NCBI GenBank assembly: GCA_030390025.1
Contig: CM059432.1
Coordinates: 44,394,001-44,458,000 of the forward strand
Length of the DNA: 64,000 nt
Direction of reading: 5' to 3'
DNA from: Squalus acanthias
Taxonomy: Eukaryota
Below are positions 23,881 through 36,529 of the stretch, one piece after another. The translations under genes were made by a program, and so were the position numbers. Position 1 is the stretch's first letter. The number at the start of each line of letters is the position of its first letter. The notes under the pieces are model-generated. The model did no database searches. It saw nothing but the letters and a program-made list of their open reading frames with translations, and was not told where the DNA came from.

Positions 23881-24777
23881 CCTGTTGCTATAGATTTCAG
23901 TTCAGGCAAGAAGCTTGCAAGCGCACAGTCGAAGTGGCCTGAAATTATCCCAATCAGGTTCTCACTTGTCAGCTTGAACAGTCACAAGGTCAGTAGATTT
24001 GCAAAATCTTATCCCAAACCTCCAACAACAAAGTTGTTGCATTTGAATGTCAGCCATGCTACAGGAGCGCTTTTAAAGTGCTGCACCAATGACTACAAAT
24101 TATGTCCTCCAGCAACTCATCTCCTTGCAGCTGGCCTGTTTCTGACAAGATGGGAAACAGGAGCCAGAGGCACGAAAATGGGAAACCACTATAAAAATAG
24201 GATTAGCAAGGCAGTTAACTACCTGTCCCACCGGTTCCCTTCGGGTCAGTTTGGGAGTGATTGACTCACGAAAATCGCATGGGGGCAGGATGGAGGTGGG
24301 TTGGCAGTCTGAAGCCATTTTTTCCGATTTTCGCTGCCGACCCGCCTCCAAACCCGCCTCCTCAGGACTATTAAAATCGACCCCTTAGACACGGGCCTCT
24401 TATCTCTGGGACTGGCTGTGACTTTGTCATTCTCCTCTGCTAATGACAGACTTTTTTTGCCAAAGTTCTGATACTCAGGTATGCAGAATTTTGAAAAGCT
24501 TTCCAAAAGCTGTTAGCATGAAAAGTCCTTTGTGTAATGCCAGAGGCTCAGGACCCTGAGCAGCATTATTTTATTTACTGTGAATATAGCTTCTTTGACA
24601 TTTGCCAAATGCATTTTTGTTTCCTTTTCACCATTTGTTACTGGGCTTCCAGAGAATTAAGATTTTGTTTTCACTTGGAAACTGATAACATATTATTTGG
24701 ATTCTTTAAATACATCAGCATTGATTTTTTTAAACATGGCTTTGCTTTTACTTCACAAATAACTAAACCAGTATCAT

Positions 24778-25130
24778 AACAATAAATAACTTGCATTTAC
24801 ATAGCACCTGCAATATAAATGTCTCAGGAACTTTACAGAGGCAAAAATGGACGCCGAGGTGCAATATTCCTTATAAGCTGTGCGGTTGCGTTGCCGCGCT
24901 GCTGTCTGGACCTCCCGCGTAGCCAACTCACTGGCTTTTAAATGCAGAAAACGCGCATGCGTGGATTTCCACGGCATAAAAATAATTAGAGGGAACATTG
25001 CTGAGGAGTAGTGGGAGAACAATTAGGGCAAGTGAGTGAAAGCGTGGTCAAAGAGGAAGATCTGGAGAAGGCTTTTGAAGATTGGGGAGAGAGGTCTCAA
25101 GGCATAAGGGTTTAGGGAGAGAATATGTCA
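24778..25130 (-). mobile_element. L2-like LINE 3' remnant
   Basis: AACTTGCATTTACATAGCACC end shared with the SINE tail at 21460; degenerate. Confidence 0.45.
24862..25000. mobile_element. hAT-type MITE
   Basis: TIR CAATATTCCTTATAA / TTAGAGGGAACATTG; 8-bp flanks CCGAGGTG / CTGAGGAG (6 of 8 match). Confidence 0.65.
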
Positions 25131-25545
25131 AGACTGCTTTGGGCGTCATCGCCAATCCAAGGGCAAATTACACTCACAACGCACCAGCTTGCTCAATTGA
25201 ATCTTTGCTCAAGTTTCCGCTTAAACTCATTTGCATATCGCCTAATGTAAAATCTTCCATGAACCTGTGCAATCGGGCAGCATTTTAGAACATAATTGTT
25301 TGTTTATGTTTTCCTTGCATTAACACATATTCCTTGATGTATTTAGGAGTGGTAATCTGGTGCAGTTTGATTAATACAGCTGAAAATGGGTTTATCACAA
25401 AAAATAAGCATTTTTAGTCAGAGTGTCCAGTCCACCACCTGTGAATAGCCCAATTTTAAATAATTGAAAATGACTTTAAAAAACTACACAGAAACATTTA
25501 TTAGTTTCATTGGTGTACATTAGTCGGTTTCTTAATAAACCAAAT

Positions 25546-26319
25546 GGCACGTAATTTGCAGTCAGAGGCTCTGCAAAGGCGTTTGCCGCTGGCCCTGAAG
25601 AAAGCTTTCCACAAAGATCTCGCAATCTCTGTGGCAAGAAGTTCGGCTTTTTTGACGTTCAGTTGAGATCAGTGTAAAATAATGGGGATCCCCTAGTGCG
25701 AGCTGCTGTGATGGCAACAAGCTGTCTAAGCAGCCAATCACAATGCAAAATTCTCACAGACCAGGAACCAGGAAGTGAAGAAGCTCCTTTTATTCTAACT
25801 TGTTAAAAATGTTAAAAGAAAGAGCAAAACACAGATTGGGGCTCTCACATGGGGAAAGGGTAAAACTGAAATAAATATGAACAAACTTCTAAAAAAATGA
25901 ACATGTTTTTTGAAAGTTTTATTAAAATGGAGAAATTGACACTCCACAAAATTAAAATGAGTTTTTCAGGGCCATAACGTTTGTTTATCAGTCAATACAC
26001 TGTTAAAACCTCAGTTACACCTAATCCAACAAGGCTTAACTTTTAATGGGGTATTTAACAATGATATTACCACAGAAAAGCCGAAGTTTTCGTCAGTTTC
26101 ACTGACTTCCTTGATTACACTGATTGCCGGCTATGGGGGGAGGGTGGGGCGGGGGCCACAGCACAACCAGTGTCAGAGCAGTGAATGACTGACTGCAGCT
26201 TCAGGATTTACATGTTAGGATGCGCATGCGCTAAATCCTGAAGTTGCTGCCAGTTCCTAAAGGGTAATGACAGTCAACGCTGTTAGTTTGCTGTTACCAC
26301 CCATGGCAAATGCCGGGCC
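25546..26319. mobile_element. Harbinger-type MITE family B
   Basis: GGCACGTAATTTGC / GCAAATGCCGGGCC; TSD AAT; homologous end fragment at ~63369-63460. Confidence 0.75.
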
Positions 26320-27546
26320 AATATTTTTTAATATTTAAAAGCTTTTAAAATATGCCTATTAGTGCCCTTGCTCCTAAAAAAAAAAGCTTAATTTTAAGAG
26401 CCTCCTCAAAGACCCACAAATGGGCTCAATTAGCAGAAACGCACCATGGTGATTCATTCGATCTGGGGGTGTGGCCAGTTTTGTGGGTGGGGCCGGCTTC
26501 CAGCGGGATGTTTTTTAAACCAACACAAAATATCGTGGAAACTCGCTTTACACTGGACGTAATTTGCGCTTAAAATTCCTTGATCTTTTGCGCTGGTTTG
26601 GCTGATTTTACCCCATTTTTTCAGATTTCCACACTTATTTCTTTTTATCTCTCATGATCCTCTTAGTGTTGAGGAAATCACATAGATGTCTAAGTCTCTA
26701 TTCTAAGATGGTCCTTTTATTATATCTCTCAGCAGCTAAGCTCAATTGTTTAACCATGTGTGTTCCTAAAGTATGTTGATAATGTGATTTGTATCTGTAA
26801 TCGAAGACATGTACAGTTTGATAAAAGGCTTGCAGAAAATTGTGTGCTGAAAATGAAAGATCCCCTGTGTAGTCAAGGAGCTTCCTTGAATATCTTGAGT
26901 TATTGTTTTCATTTATCACAGCAGCTCCTACTTTAGTACCTGCTGCAGTGCACAGAGATGAACATGTCAGATAATTGAATGGCAGAACACTCATTTACCA
27001 CATAATATGTGGTCGGGAATAATAATTAGATGAACCAGAATGTGAAAATGTAAGGGACAAAGTCTTAATACAAAAGGGGCTAGAAATTTGGCTCCATAGT
27101 GCCCGATTTTTCAGCGCTACGGGTACCGTTTTGTGATGAAAATGCCGTCCGTGCCGGACGCCATCTTGGTGAGGGCGGTAGGACAGGCGTTAGGAGCGTG
27201 CACCAGAAGTATGCTGAGTGGCTAGATCGTGACATCAATCAGCGTGCAATGCTGATTTGATGCAAGCACTGCTATTTTCATTCTCAACGCTGGAGGTAAC
27301 ACCCTGTTTTAACCGCGCACAGATGATCATGCATTCGGCAGCTGCAAGGACCCCCTACCAGTGATATTTAAAGGGATCATCAACCCTCTCAGGTGAGTTG
27401 CTGATTAAATTCTATAGGCTCTGTGTAAGTGTTTGGAGCTTTCTGGAGTTGTTTAAAGTTGGTGAGGTGACAGGGAGTGGTGCTGCAAGTGGAGAAGGCC
27501 TTGGTTCTAACTGCAAGGGTTCTGGTCAGAACAATTGCTCCCAGTC

Positions 27547-28744
27547 ATGGGTGCTCTAGTTGTCATCCCCCTTGGCCTGCAGCATGACAGGGAGATGGAG
27601 CAGAGGCAGCGAAGAGGACAAGCTGCTCGCAGAGAGAGGAGGAGGAGGGGGAGAAGGGCTCTCAGCAGGAGCCCTTAGGGTCTTCCGAGAGCAATTCTCT
27701 GACCTCAACCTGAGTCAGGAGCAGTGTGTGAGGCGTCTGTGCTTTATGAAGGAAGTGTTCACAGAACTCTGCTACATCTTGCAACCGGAGCTGCAGCCTC
27801 ACACCAGGGCAAGGACAGCGCTGCCAGTGGCTGTGAAGGTGACCATGGCTCTGGATTTCTTCACATGGGGAATCCTTCCAGGCTGGAGCAGACGACATCT
27901 GCAACAACTCCCAGTTCGCCGTCCATTACTGCATAGAAAGGTGACAGATGCTCTTTTTGCCAGGAGAGGGGAGTTCATTGTCTTCTCTCTGACCAGAGAG
28001 AAGTAGGTAGAGCGTGCAAATGGGTTTGCCAGGATAGTGGGCTTCCCCATGGTGCAGGGTGCCATCGACTGCATGCACGTGGCTTTGCGAGTGCTGCATT
28101 TAAATGCTGAGATGTACCGCAACCGCAAAGGTTACCACTCGCTGAATGTGCACTTGGTGTGCAACCTCAGCACATCCTGATGGTGAATGGCCGGTATCCT
28201 GACAGCAGTCATCCTGCTTTTATTCTGCGCCAGTCCGCTGTTGCCTCAGTCTTTGAGCCACCATGACAAACCAGAGGGTGGCTACTAGGTGACAAGGGCG
28301 ATCCACTGACCACCTGGCTCATGACTCCACTGCGCAACCCACACACATGTGGGCAGCATGCATATAACGAAAGCCGTGCTGCCACACAGAATCTGACAGA
28401 GCAGACCATTGGCATCCTTAAACAATGCTTCCGCTGCCTGGAACACTCTGGAGGAGGCCTGCAGTACTCACCAGAGTGCGTCTCAAGTTTTGTTGTGGTC
28501 TGCTGCATGCTCCACTACCACGCCATCATGACAGCATAGCCCTTACCACCAGACATACAGCGACCAGCTGAGGAGGAGGAGGAGGAGGAAGAGGTGGCAG
28601 AGGAGGAGGAACCAGAAGAGGAGGAGGAGGAAGAGGAAGAGAAGGAAGTGGAAGAGGAGGAAGCAGAAGGGTGGAGGCAACCCAGACAGCACCTTTCTGC
28701 CCGGGCTGTCCGTGATCGACCCATGCGACTGCAATATCGGTTAA
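27547..28744 (+). pseudogene. Harbinger transposase
   Basis: [39 protein letters not shown] and poly-Glu tail; several stops and frameshifts. Confidence 0.88.
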
Positions 28745-28984
28745 CACAGCCCCAATTCCCCATTCACCAACAGTCCCACACCTTAACTGTCCTCTGTTAC
28801 TGACCATCACTGCGTACTCTTGGCCACAATTCTGAAATAAAAGCCACCACAAAAGAAACATTCCAATCCAACTTATCCATCAATCCATTCAATATTACAT
28901 AACAAAGTCAACCAATACCCTTGTGAATTCCCTTAGTGCCTGTCTTCCGTGTTCCTTTGCCTGCCCTAGTGCTCCTACAAAGTA

Positions 28985-30620
28985 AACGGCACTTACTCAC
29001 CAATCACCTGCTCACTGATGCTCAGTTTGGGTTCCGCCAGGACCACTCGGCTCCAGACCTCATTACAGCCTTGGTTCAAATATGAACAAAGAGCTGAATT
29101 CCAGAGGTGAGGTGAAAGTGACTGCCCTTGACATCAAGGCAGAATTTGTCCAAGTGTGGCATCAAGGAGCCCTAGTAAAATTGAAGTCAATCGGAATCAG
29201 GAGGAAAACCTCTCCATTGGCTGGAGAGAAGATGGTTGTGGTTGTTGGAGGCCAATCATCTCAGCTCCAGGATAATGCCACAGAAGTTCCTCAGGGCAGT
29301 GTCCTAGGTCCAACCATCTTCAGCTGCTTCATCAATGACCTTCCCTCCTTCATAAGGTCAGAAGTGGGGATGGTCACTGATGATTGCACAGTGTTCAGTG
29401 AAACTCCTCATATAATGAAGCAATCCATGCCCACATGCAACAATACCTGGGCGACATTCAGGCTTGGGATGATAAATGGCAAGTAACATTCGCGCCACAC
29501 AAGTGCTAGGCAATGACTATCTCCAACAAGAGGTTGCCTAACCAGCATCCCATAACATTCAACGGTCCTGGGGGGTTCACCATTGACCAGAAATTTAACT
29601 GGACCAGCCACATTAATACTGTGGCTATAAGAGCAGGTCAGAGGCTGGGTATTCTGTGGCGAGTGACTCACCTCCTGACTCCCCAAAGCCTTTTCACCAT
29701 CTACAAGGCAGATGTCAGGAGCCTGATGGCATACGGGAATGGTAGCATAGTGGTTATGTTACTGGACTAGTAATTCAGAGACCTGGACTAATGATCAGGA
29801 GACATGAGTTCAAAGTTGTGGAATTCGGTTAATTAAATAAATCTGAAATAAAAAGCTAGTATCAGTAATGGTAACCATGAAACTACCGATTGTCATAAAA
29901 ACCCATTTGGTTCACTAATGTCTTTTAGGGGATGTAAATCTGCTGTCCTTACCCGGTCTGGCCTATATGTGACTTCAGACCCACAGCACTGTGGTTGACT
30001 CTTAACTGCCCTCTGAAATGGCCGAACCAAGCCACTCCACTAGGAAAACACCTCATGGATTGCAGCGGTTCAAGATGGCAGTTCACCACCACCTTCTCAA
30101 GAGCAATTAAGGATGGGTAATAAATGCTAGCTTTGCCAGTGACACCCACATCCAATGAATAAAGACTCTCCACTTGCCTGGATGAGTACAGCTCTAACAA
30201 CACTCAAGATGCTCGACACCATCCAGGACAAAGCAGCCTATTTTATTGGTACCCCATCCATCACCATGTACAAGATGCACAGCAGCAACTTGCCAAGGCT
30301 TTTTCGACAGCACCTCCCAAACCTGCGACCTCTTCCACCTGGAAGGACAAGGGCAGCAGGTGCATGGGAACACCACCACCTCCAAATTCTCCTTCAAGTC
30401 ACACACAATCCTGTCTTGGAAATATGTCACTGATCCTTCATCGTCGCATGGTCAAAATCCTGGAATGCCCTCCCTAACAGCACAATGGGAGTATCTTCAC
30501 CACACGGACTGCAGTGGTTCAAGAAGGCATCTCACCAACACCTTCTCAAGGGCAATTAGGGATGGGCAATAAATGCTGGCCTTGCCAGCGATGCCCACAT
30601 TCCATGAACGAATAAAAAAA
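28985..30620 (+). mobile_element. Non-LTR LINE lineage B (RT 3' part), inserted near the end of the Myb gene
   Basis: [21 protein letters not shown] motifs; 3' end GCCCACATTCCATGAACGAATAAAAAAAA; same family as 57460-59985. Confidence 0.85.
29735..30165 (+). mobile_element. tRNA-derived SINE sharing the 3' tail of LINE B (core resembles MetaSINE, from recall)
   Basis: TAGCATAGTGG A box and GAGTTCAA B box; tail ~30057-30160 homologous to ~30506-30615; second copy at 63529. Confidence 0.8.
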
Positions 30621-31950
30621 ATGCGCTACCCCAGTTGCTGTAGCATGGCTAGTGGAAGGCTGCTGACTTTCAGTGGGGGAGACTGCAGATGGCCTTTCAG
30701 TACGAGCTTGAGCAGCTCTGGGCCTATAAGGCCCGGTTGCAGACTGCACAACCTCGGCATGGACGGCAGCAGTCTGGGCTGGCTGGCTGACAGGCAACAG
30801 CAAGGGCAAGGGCGGAGTGGCAGTGGTGGAAGGATGAATGCTGTCATCGTGAGAAAGGACAGCAGGTTCGTGTTCCATGGAGCCATTGCCTCTCCCCCCC
30901 CGGTGTGGCGCTTCAACATTGCTGGTAATCTGTTGGAGGACAGATTGCTGGACTGCTGTGACATCTTACAAGCCCCTTTGTACACTGATAAATGCGGCAG
31001 TCTGAGCTTGCGTGACAGCAAGCTGAGTCTGCATGAGAGTAGTCTGAGTGTGCATAACAGAAGTCTGAGCTTCCATTGCAACACTCAGATGTAGGGTGGC
31101 TTCTGCTTGTGCTGCAATGGAAGCGGAGACATCAGCCATCAGACTCTGCATCATGGTTGGATCCACAAGTGCGCTAATGGAGTTGCTCATCACTTCCATG
31201 CTGGAAATCATGAGCTCCAAGCTCTGCGCAAAGTTTGGTGCCGGACTCATCCATGCTCCTTGACATTGCACTCAGACTTTCTGGCAAGCCTGCCAATGCA
31301 CCAAGCATTTTATTGTGCATACCCATCAACGTTCTTCTGTAGGCCGCCCCGTCAAAGTCCTCACCTGAGTCCTCTGCAGAAGAACTTGTATGTGACCTCG
31401 TCCTCTGGGGAGCAGGCACGGGCGCTACCCTTTCCCCCTGCCCTGGCTGCAGGCCACTAGTGTCCCGTGTCTCACCACATGCAGATACCTCCTCTAATCT
31501 ATCCTCTAAACTACGCGGAGTGTCAGTATCTGAGCTGGTGGCTGCGAGTATGAAATCGAGTGATGGTGCTGTCTCTTCATGATCAGTGCTTTGGTGCTCT
31601 TCTATTTCATGCTCCTCCATCAGTGCCTGGCCAGGTGTCAGTTCTTGGCTATCTGAAAGGAGAAAGACACAAGGGTAAGGCTGTGGTGATGGGGTGGTGG
31701 GGGGATGCAAGAGGTGCATGCTTACACCATGTCCAGCTTGTAAATCAGAAGAGATTGTGGGATGAGGGGGAAGTGGAATGTGAGAAGGATGATTACGTAT
31801 CAGTGTACTGTCATCTTGTATTCTTTCAGCCCCGCCACTGGCCAAGGGCGCAGTGATGCCCCTCTCAATAATGGCCAGCACCGTCTCCTGAATCGGGGTC
31901 AGGTTATGCAGGCGTGCCTGTTCCCCACTGCTTAGGTCCTGCTGGCGACG
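30620..31950 (-). pseudogene. Harbinger Myb/SANT gene exons 2-3
   Basis: Acceptor CTTTCTCCTTTCAG near 31652; homologous to plus-strand 32005-36330. Confidence 0.7.
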
Positions 31951-32059
31951 TTTGTGAGGGAAGGGTGTCAGTGAGTGTGGTACACACTTCCTTTTCTCTT
32001 GCAGACAAAGGTGGCAGACAACCGCTGTGAGCAGCAGCAGATGGGCGGAGGGGAAGCCC

Positions 32060-33516
32060 TGAAGGGATAATTACAAGTCCTAGCCCTTTTCGGGCTACCC
32101 CAGATCAGGCGTATTCCCCAGACGTTCACCTTCAACTAAAGTTAGCGGTAGCCGAATCCTAGAGACGCTTAATTGGGTCTAAAGGTTCAGACTATCTCTC
32201 CCTAAAGGAAAGGAATGGCCTGAAGATGTTATCATCCTCCGGATAGCACTTTTAACAAGTTTAACTGGACTGTAACCTTCCGTTTATTATGAGGGTCCGG
32301 AAAACCCCCCAGAATTCTGCAACTCCTCTCAGAAGAGTGTACAGAAATTGAGTTTGCGAGTTGATACAGAAATACTCCGTGAGATAATTTTAAAAATATA
32401 TAAATTTATTTAAGAACCGACATTTAGTTAACAGCTGGTATGGCAATCGCAACTTTAACCGTTCAAAATACAAATAGCTTACATTTCTTATCAGAGATCC
32501 TTATTCTTAAATCTTAACTGCGTTACATTTCCACACTTCTACTTATTTCTTAATCCAGAATATCCACCAAAATCAAATACCTTGATTACCTGTGACTCAG
32601 AGTTGTAGGCCTACAGAGTGGTTCTGAAGGCAAGAATCACTCTGCCTCTTCCCAGTGACTTCTGACTCTCTATCTGAAAAGCTCTATTTTTATACCTTTT
32701 TTTAGTGGTTTATCCTTTGAAGTTTTCTGCTGATGTAAGCTAATTATCTTTAGTCATTCTCTATTGAATTCTTTTCTATTCTTACTGTCATTTCAGCTGC
32801 CAACTTTTAGAATCCTGTCTGCTGTATAGGTGTTTCAAAAACTTATCATTTTTATGGTTATTATCGATTTATCTATTTGATGCTATTCTTAGGAAGTCTT
32901 TCTATTGAATTCTTAACTCCCTTTAGCTGCTTGCATTCCAGACTTCTCGTCTCCTAACTATTCCATTTTCAATACAAACACAATGTGATTGCTTGGTGTC
33001 ATCTATTGATATTATATCTTCAAAGTGTTCTGTTTGTACCTTTTACAATTTGTAAATCAAAAACACTTCATCCAGGGTGTTTGTTTTCCTAGCCATCTTA
33101 GTTGGTTATATATATATTCGTGTTTCCTGTCTTGTTTGATGTTACTTTTACAAAGGCACATGGTTTTTTAATGTTCTGTGTTTCTTGTTCGAAGTGTTAG
33201 ATTTTAACACTTTACTTGGACATTGCTATTGTTTTGGTTCCAAACTATAGACATATCGGAAGAAAGCCTTTGCTTTTCCAATAGGCCATTGTGTTACTGT
33301 CAATAACCATTTCCCATTTCAAAAGTTTGTGTGGTGTTTACAACTTTTGTTATCAACTGTTCTTATCTCAAAAGCCTGTATTGTGTTTGCAGCCTGTGTC
33401 GCTGAGGCTTTCCAGACTTTTAAACCCAGTATGTCATGTATTAATAATATCAGAAATCTGTTCATAGGATGGTGTATTTTTCTGAAATATGGCTATTCCA
33501 TTACAACCCGACTTCA
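32060..33516 (-). mobile_element. Probable solo LTR (1457 bp)
   Basis: TGAAG...CTTCA ends; interrupts Myb exon 2; minus-strand TATAAAA near 32690 and AATAAA near 32405; no clear TSD. Confidence 0.65.
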
Positions 33517-33624
33517 CAACCTGACTTAGCTGGAGGACACAGTGCTGGAGATCATTAGATTGGCTGTCACTGAGGCCGTTACGAGCGGCGAGGTTGAAAA
33601 CATTGCTGATGATGACGGTATATT

Positions 33625-34188
33625 CACCGCTCCATTCCCACTCAGACCTCACCGTCCTGGGCCTCTTGCATTGTTCCACGGAAGCTCAGCGTAAGCTCAA
33701 GGAACAGCACCTCATCTTTCGATTAGGCACTTTACAGACCTCTGGCCTCAATATAGAGTTCAACAATTTCAGATCATAACCTCGACCCCTATCACATATA
33801 TATATATATTTTATCCACACTTTTTGTTTGTGCCTTTTTTTTTTCTTCCCTCCCACACGGCAGCTGTCCTTCATTCTGCCAGCGCAATTCACACTTCATC
33901 TAGAGCCATCCTTTGTTCCTTAACCTGTCCCATTACCATCTCCTCTTGCCTTGAATATCTCTTAATGCCTCTTTACTTCTCCTGCCTTCCATCCTATCAC
34001 TGACCTTCCCTTTTGTTCTTTCATCCCCTCCCCCATTTCTCAGCCCCGAAACTTGCTTTAAAATCTATTTCATTTCCTGCTTTTTTCCAGTTCTGACGAA
34101 AGGTCTTTGACCTGAAACGTTAACTCTGTTTCTTCCTCCACGGATGCTGCCTGGCCTGCTGAGTTTTTCCAGCATTTTCTGTTGTTAT
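33625..34188 (+). mobile_element. Penelope-like element 3' end (GIY-YIG C-terminus plus pseudo-LTR)
   Basis: HSDLTVLGLLHC...RKLKEQHLIFRLGTLQ.SGLNIEF*, pyrimidine-rich UTR and a hammerhead. Confidence 0.85.
34089..34125 (+). ncRNA. Minimal type I hammerhead ribozyme
   Basis: AGTT-CTGACGA-A-AGGTC-ttt-GACCT-GAAA-CG-TT-AACT; palindromic stem III (AACGTT). Confidence 0.8.
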
Positions 34189-34576
34189 TGCTCATACCTA
34201 ATTCTTCTTCTCACATCCCACTCTCCCCTCATCTCATAATCTCTCTCACTTACAAGCTGCTGATGTAACCATGCACATCTTGCTTTCCCTTCCTCACCCC
34301 CTCCCCTCACCACAACCCAGCCCTTGTGCCTTTCTCCTTTCAGATACCTAAGAACTGCCACCAGCAAAGCCTGACCCAATGTTATGGAGGAGGAGAGTGA
34401 AGGGGAAGAAGAAGCACCTCATTGATCTGACACTCGCAGGCACCAGCTCAGAAAATGGCACTGCGCGGACTTTAGAGGGTAGTATAGAGGCGAGATCTGT
34501 GCGTGGTGAGTCATGTGTGGGCTGCAGCCAGGCCAGGGGAAAGGATAGCTCAGTTGCAAGCTCCTCGGGGGATGAG

Positions 34577-35465
34577 TTCTTCTTCTTCTTAGGCAGTCCC
34601 TCGGAACCGAGGATGATTTGCTTCCACATTAAAAATGAGTCCAATGCGGGACCTACAGTCTCTGTCACAGATGGGGCAGACGGTGGTTGAAGGGGCGGGT
34701 GGGTGTGGTGCTTGGGTTGAGGTGCGCTCCTTGTGCTGCTTGTGCTTGGCATCCACTTGCTCCTGGCAAAGAGACTCGAGGTGTTCGGCGCCTTCCCGAG
34801 TGCTTCTCCTCCACTTTGTGTGGTCTTGGGCCAGGGATTCCCAGGTGTCAGTGGGGATGTTGCACTTTTTCAAGGAGGCTTTGAGGGTGTCCTTGAAGCG
34901 TTTCCTCTGCCCACCTGGGGCTCTCTTGCCGTGTCGGAGCTCTGAGTAGAGCGCTTGTTTTGGGAGTCTCGTATCGGGCATGCGGATGATGTGACCCATC
35001 CATCGGAGCTGATCGAGCGTGGTCAAAGCTTCGATGCTGGGGATGTTGGCCTGAGCGAGAACACTGACGTTGGTGCGCCTGTCCTGCCAATGGATTTGCA
35101 GGATCTTGCGGAGGCAGCATTGGTGGTACCTCTCCAGTGCTTTGAGGTGCCTGCTGTACATGGTCCATGTCTCTGAGGCATACATCAGGGCGGGTATCGC
35201 TGCTGCTCTGTCGACCATGAGCTTAGTGCTGGGTTTGAGGTCCTGGTCTTCAAACACTCTCTTCCTCAGGCGACTGAAGGCTGCACTGGCACATTGAAGG
35301 CGGTGTTGGACTTCATCATCGACGTCTGCCCTTGTTGACAGTAGGCTCCCGAGGTATGGAAAGTGGTCCACGTTGTCCAAGGCCTAGTCATGGATTTTGA
35401 TAATTGGGCGGCGGTACTGTGTGGCGGTGGCAAGTTAGTAGAGGACCTTTGTCTTACGGATGTTT
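34577..35465 (-). mobile_element. RTE-clade LINE 3' fragment
   Basis: 263-aa ORF with YLGS, ETWT, LRWMGH.IRM, GGQRKRFKD and a CxxC knuckle; (GAA)n tail. Confidence 0.9.
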
Positions 35466-36529
35466 AGGGCTGGATTTTGTCTTGGGGTCGGGTTGGAATC
35501 GTGTTACCCGAATTTTGTGTTGTCCCCCCGACTCCAGAAAAATGTGGAGAGAGAGAGAGAACTCAGATGATGACTTTGATGGGGCGGCCTCCATTAGAAG
35601 GGTGATGGGTATGGACACAGAAATGCTTGGTGCAATGGCAAGCCTGCCAGAGACCTCTTGTCAGTGTCAAGGAGCCTAGAGGAGTCCCACTCCAACATTG
35701 CATGGGACTTTGCGTGGAGCTTGGAGCCCATGATTTCCAGGATGGAAATGATGGGCAACTCCATTAGAGCACTTGTGGACCCAGCGATGATGTTGTGTGT
35801 GATGGGCGATGTTGCAGCTTCCACTGCAGCACAAGCGGAAGTGACCCAACGTCTCAGTGCTGCAGTGGAAGCTCAGACTGCTCTCATGGCTGGGTTTACA
35901 AGTGTGGAAAGGGGCTTTCAGGGTCTCTAAGCAGTCCAGCAATCTGTCCTCCAACAGATGGCTAGAAATGCTGAGGCCCCGCCCCAGGGGAGTGGCAGTG
36001 GCTCCGTGGAGCAAGAGCCTGCCGTCCTCATGATGACAGCATTCCTACTCCCACCCCTGCCACCCAGCCAGTGCCCTTACTGATGCCTATCAGCAAACCA
36101 ACCCGCCCAGACTGCTGCTGCCCATGCCTGAGCTGGTGCAGTCTACAGCTGGGCTTTCTAGGCCAGGTGCTGCTCGAGGTCGTCCTGCCAGGCCATCTGC
36201 AGTCTCACCCATGGAAAGTCAGCAGCCTTCAACCAGCCATGCTGCAGCCACTGGGGTAGCACTGTGTAGGAGCACTAGAGTAGGCTAAGGGACATGAAAG
36301 ACAGACACTAATGGAATGCACAAGGGTGAATATTTGATGTTGTGTAGTTTAGCATTGGTAAACTTATAAATTATGTTTGGCATGTTTGTTTTGTGGTGGC
36401 TCTCATTTCCGCTTTGTGCCGAAGAGGACACTGTGATGTTCCGTGATAGAGGGATAGTACGGTATGGAAGTGGTGAGCAATGGGGATCTGGGGTTTTATT
36501 CAGGGGAACTGGATTCTGGTGAGGCACTC

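Larger units (their letters stand above)
21934..24384. mobile_element. PIF/Harbinger transposon with both ends; convergent Myb and transposase genes
   Basis: TTA TSD on both sides; TIR GGCCGCGATTTTA / TAAAATCGACCCC. Confidence 0.9.
27077..31983 (+). mobile_element. Harbinger element truncated in Myb intron 1
   Basis: Terminus GGGCTAGAAATTTGG; plus-strand transposase followed by convergent Myb exons 3 and 2. Confidence 0.8.
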
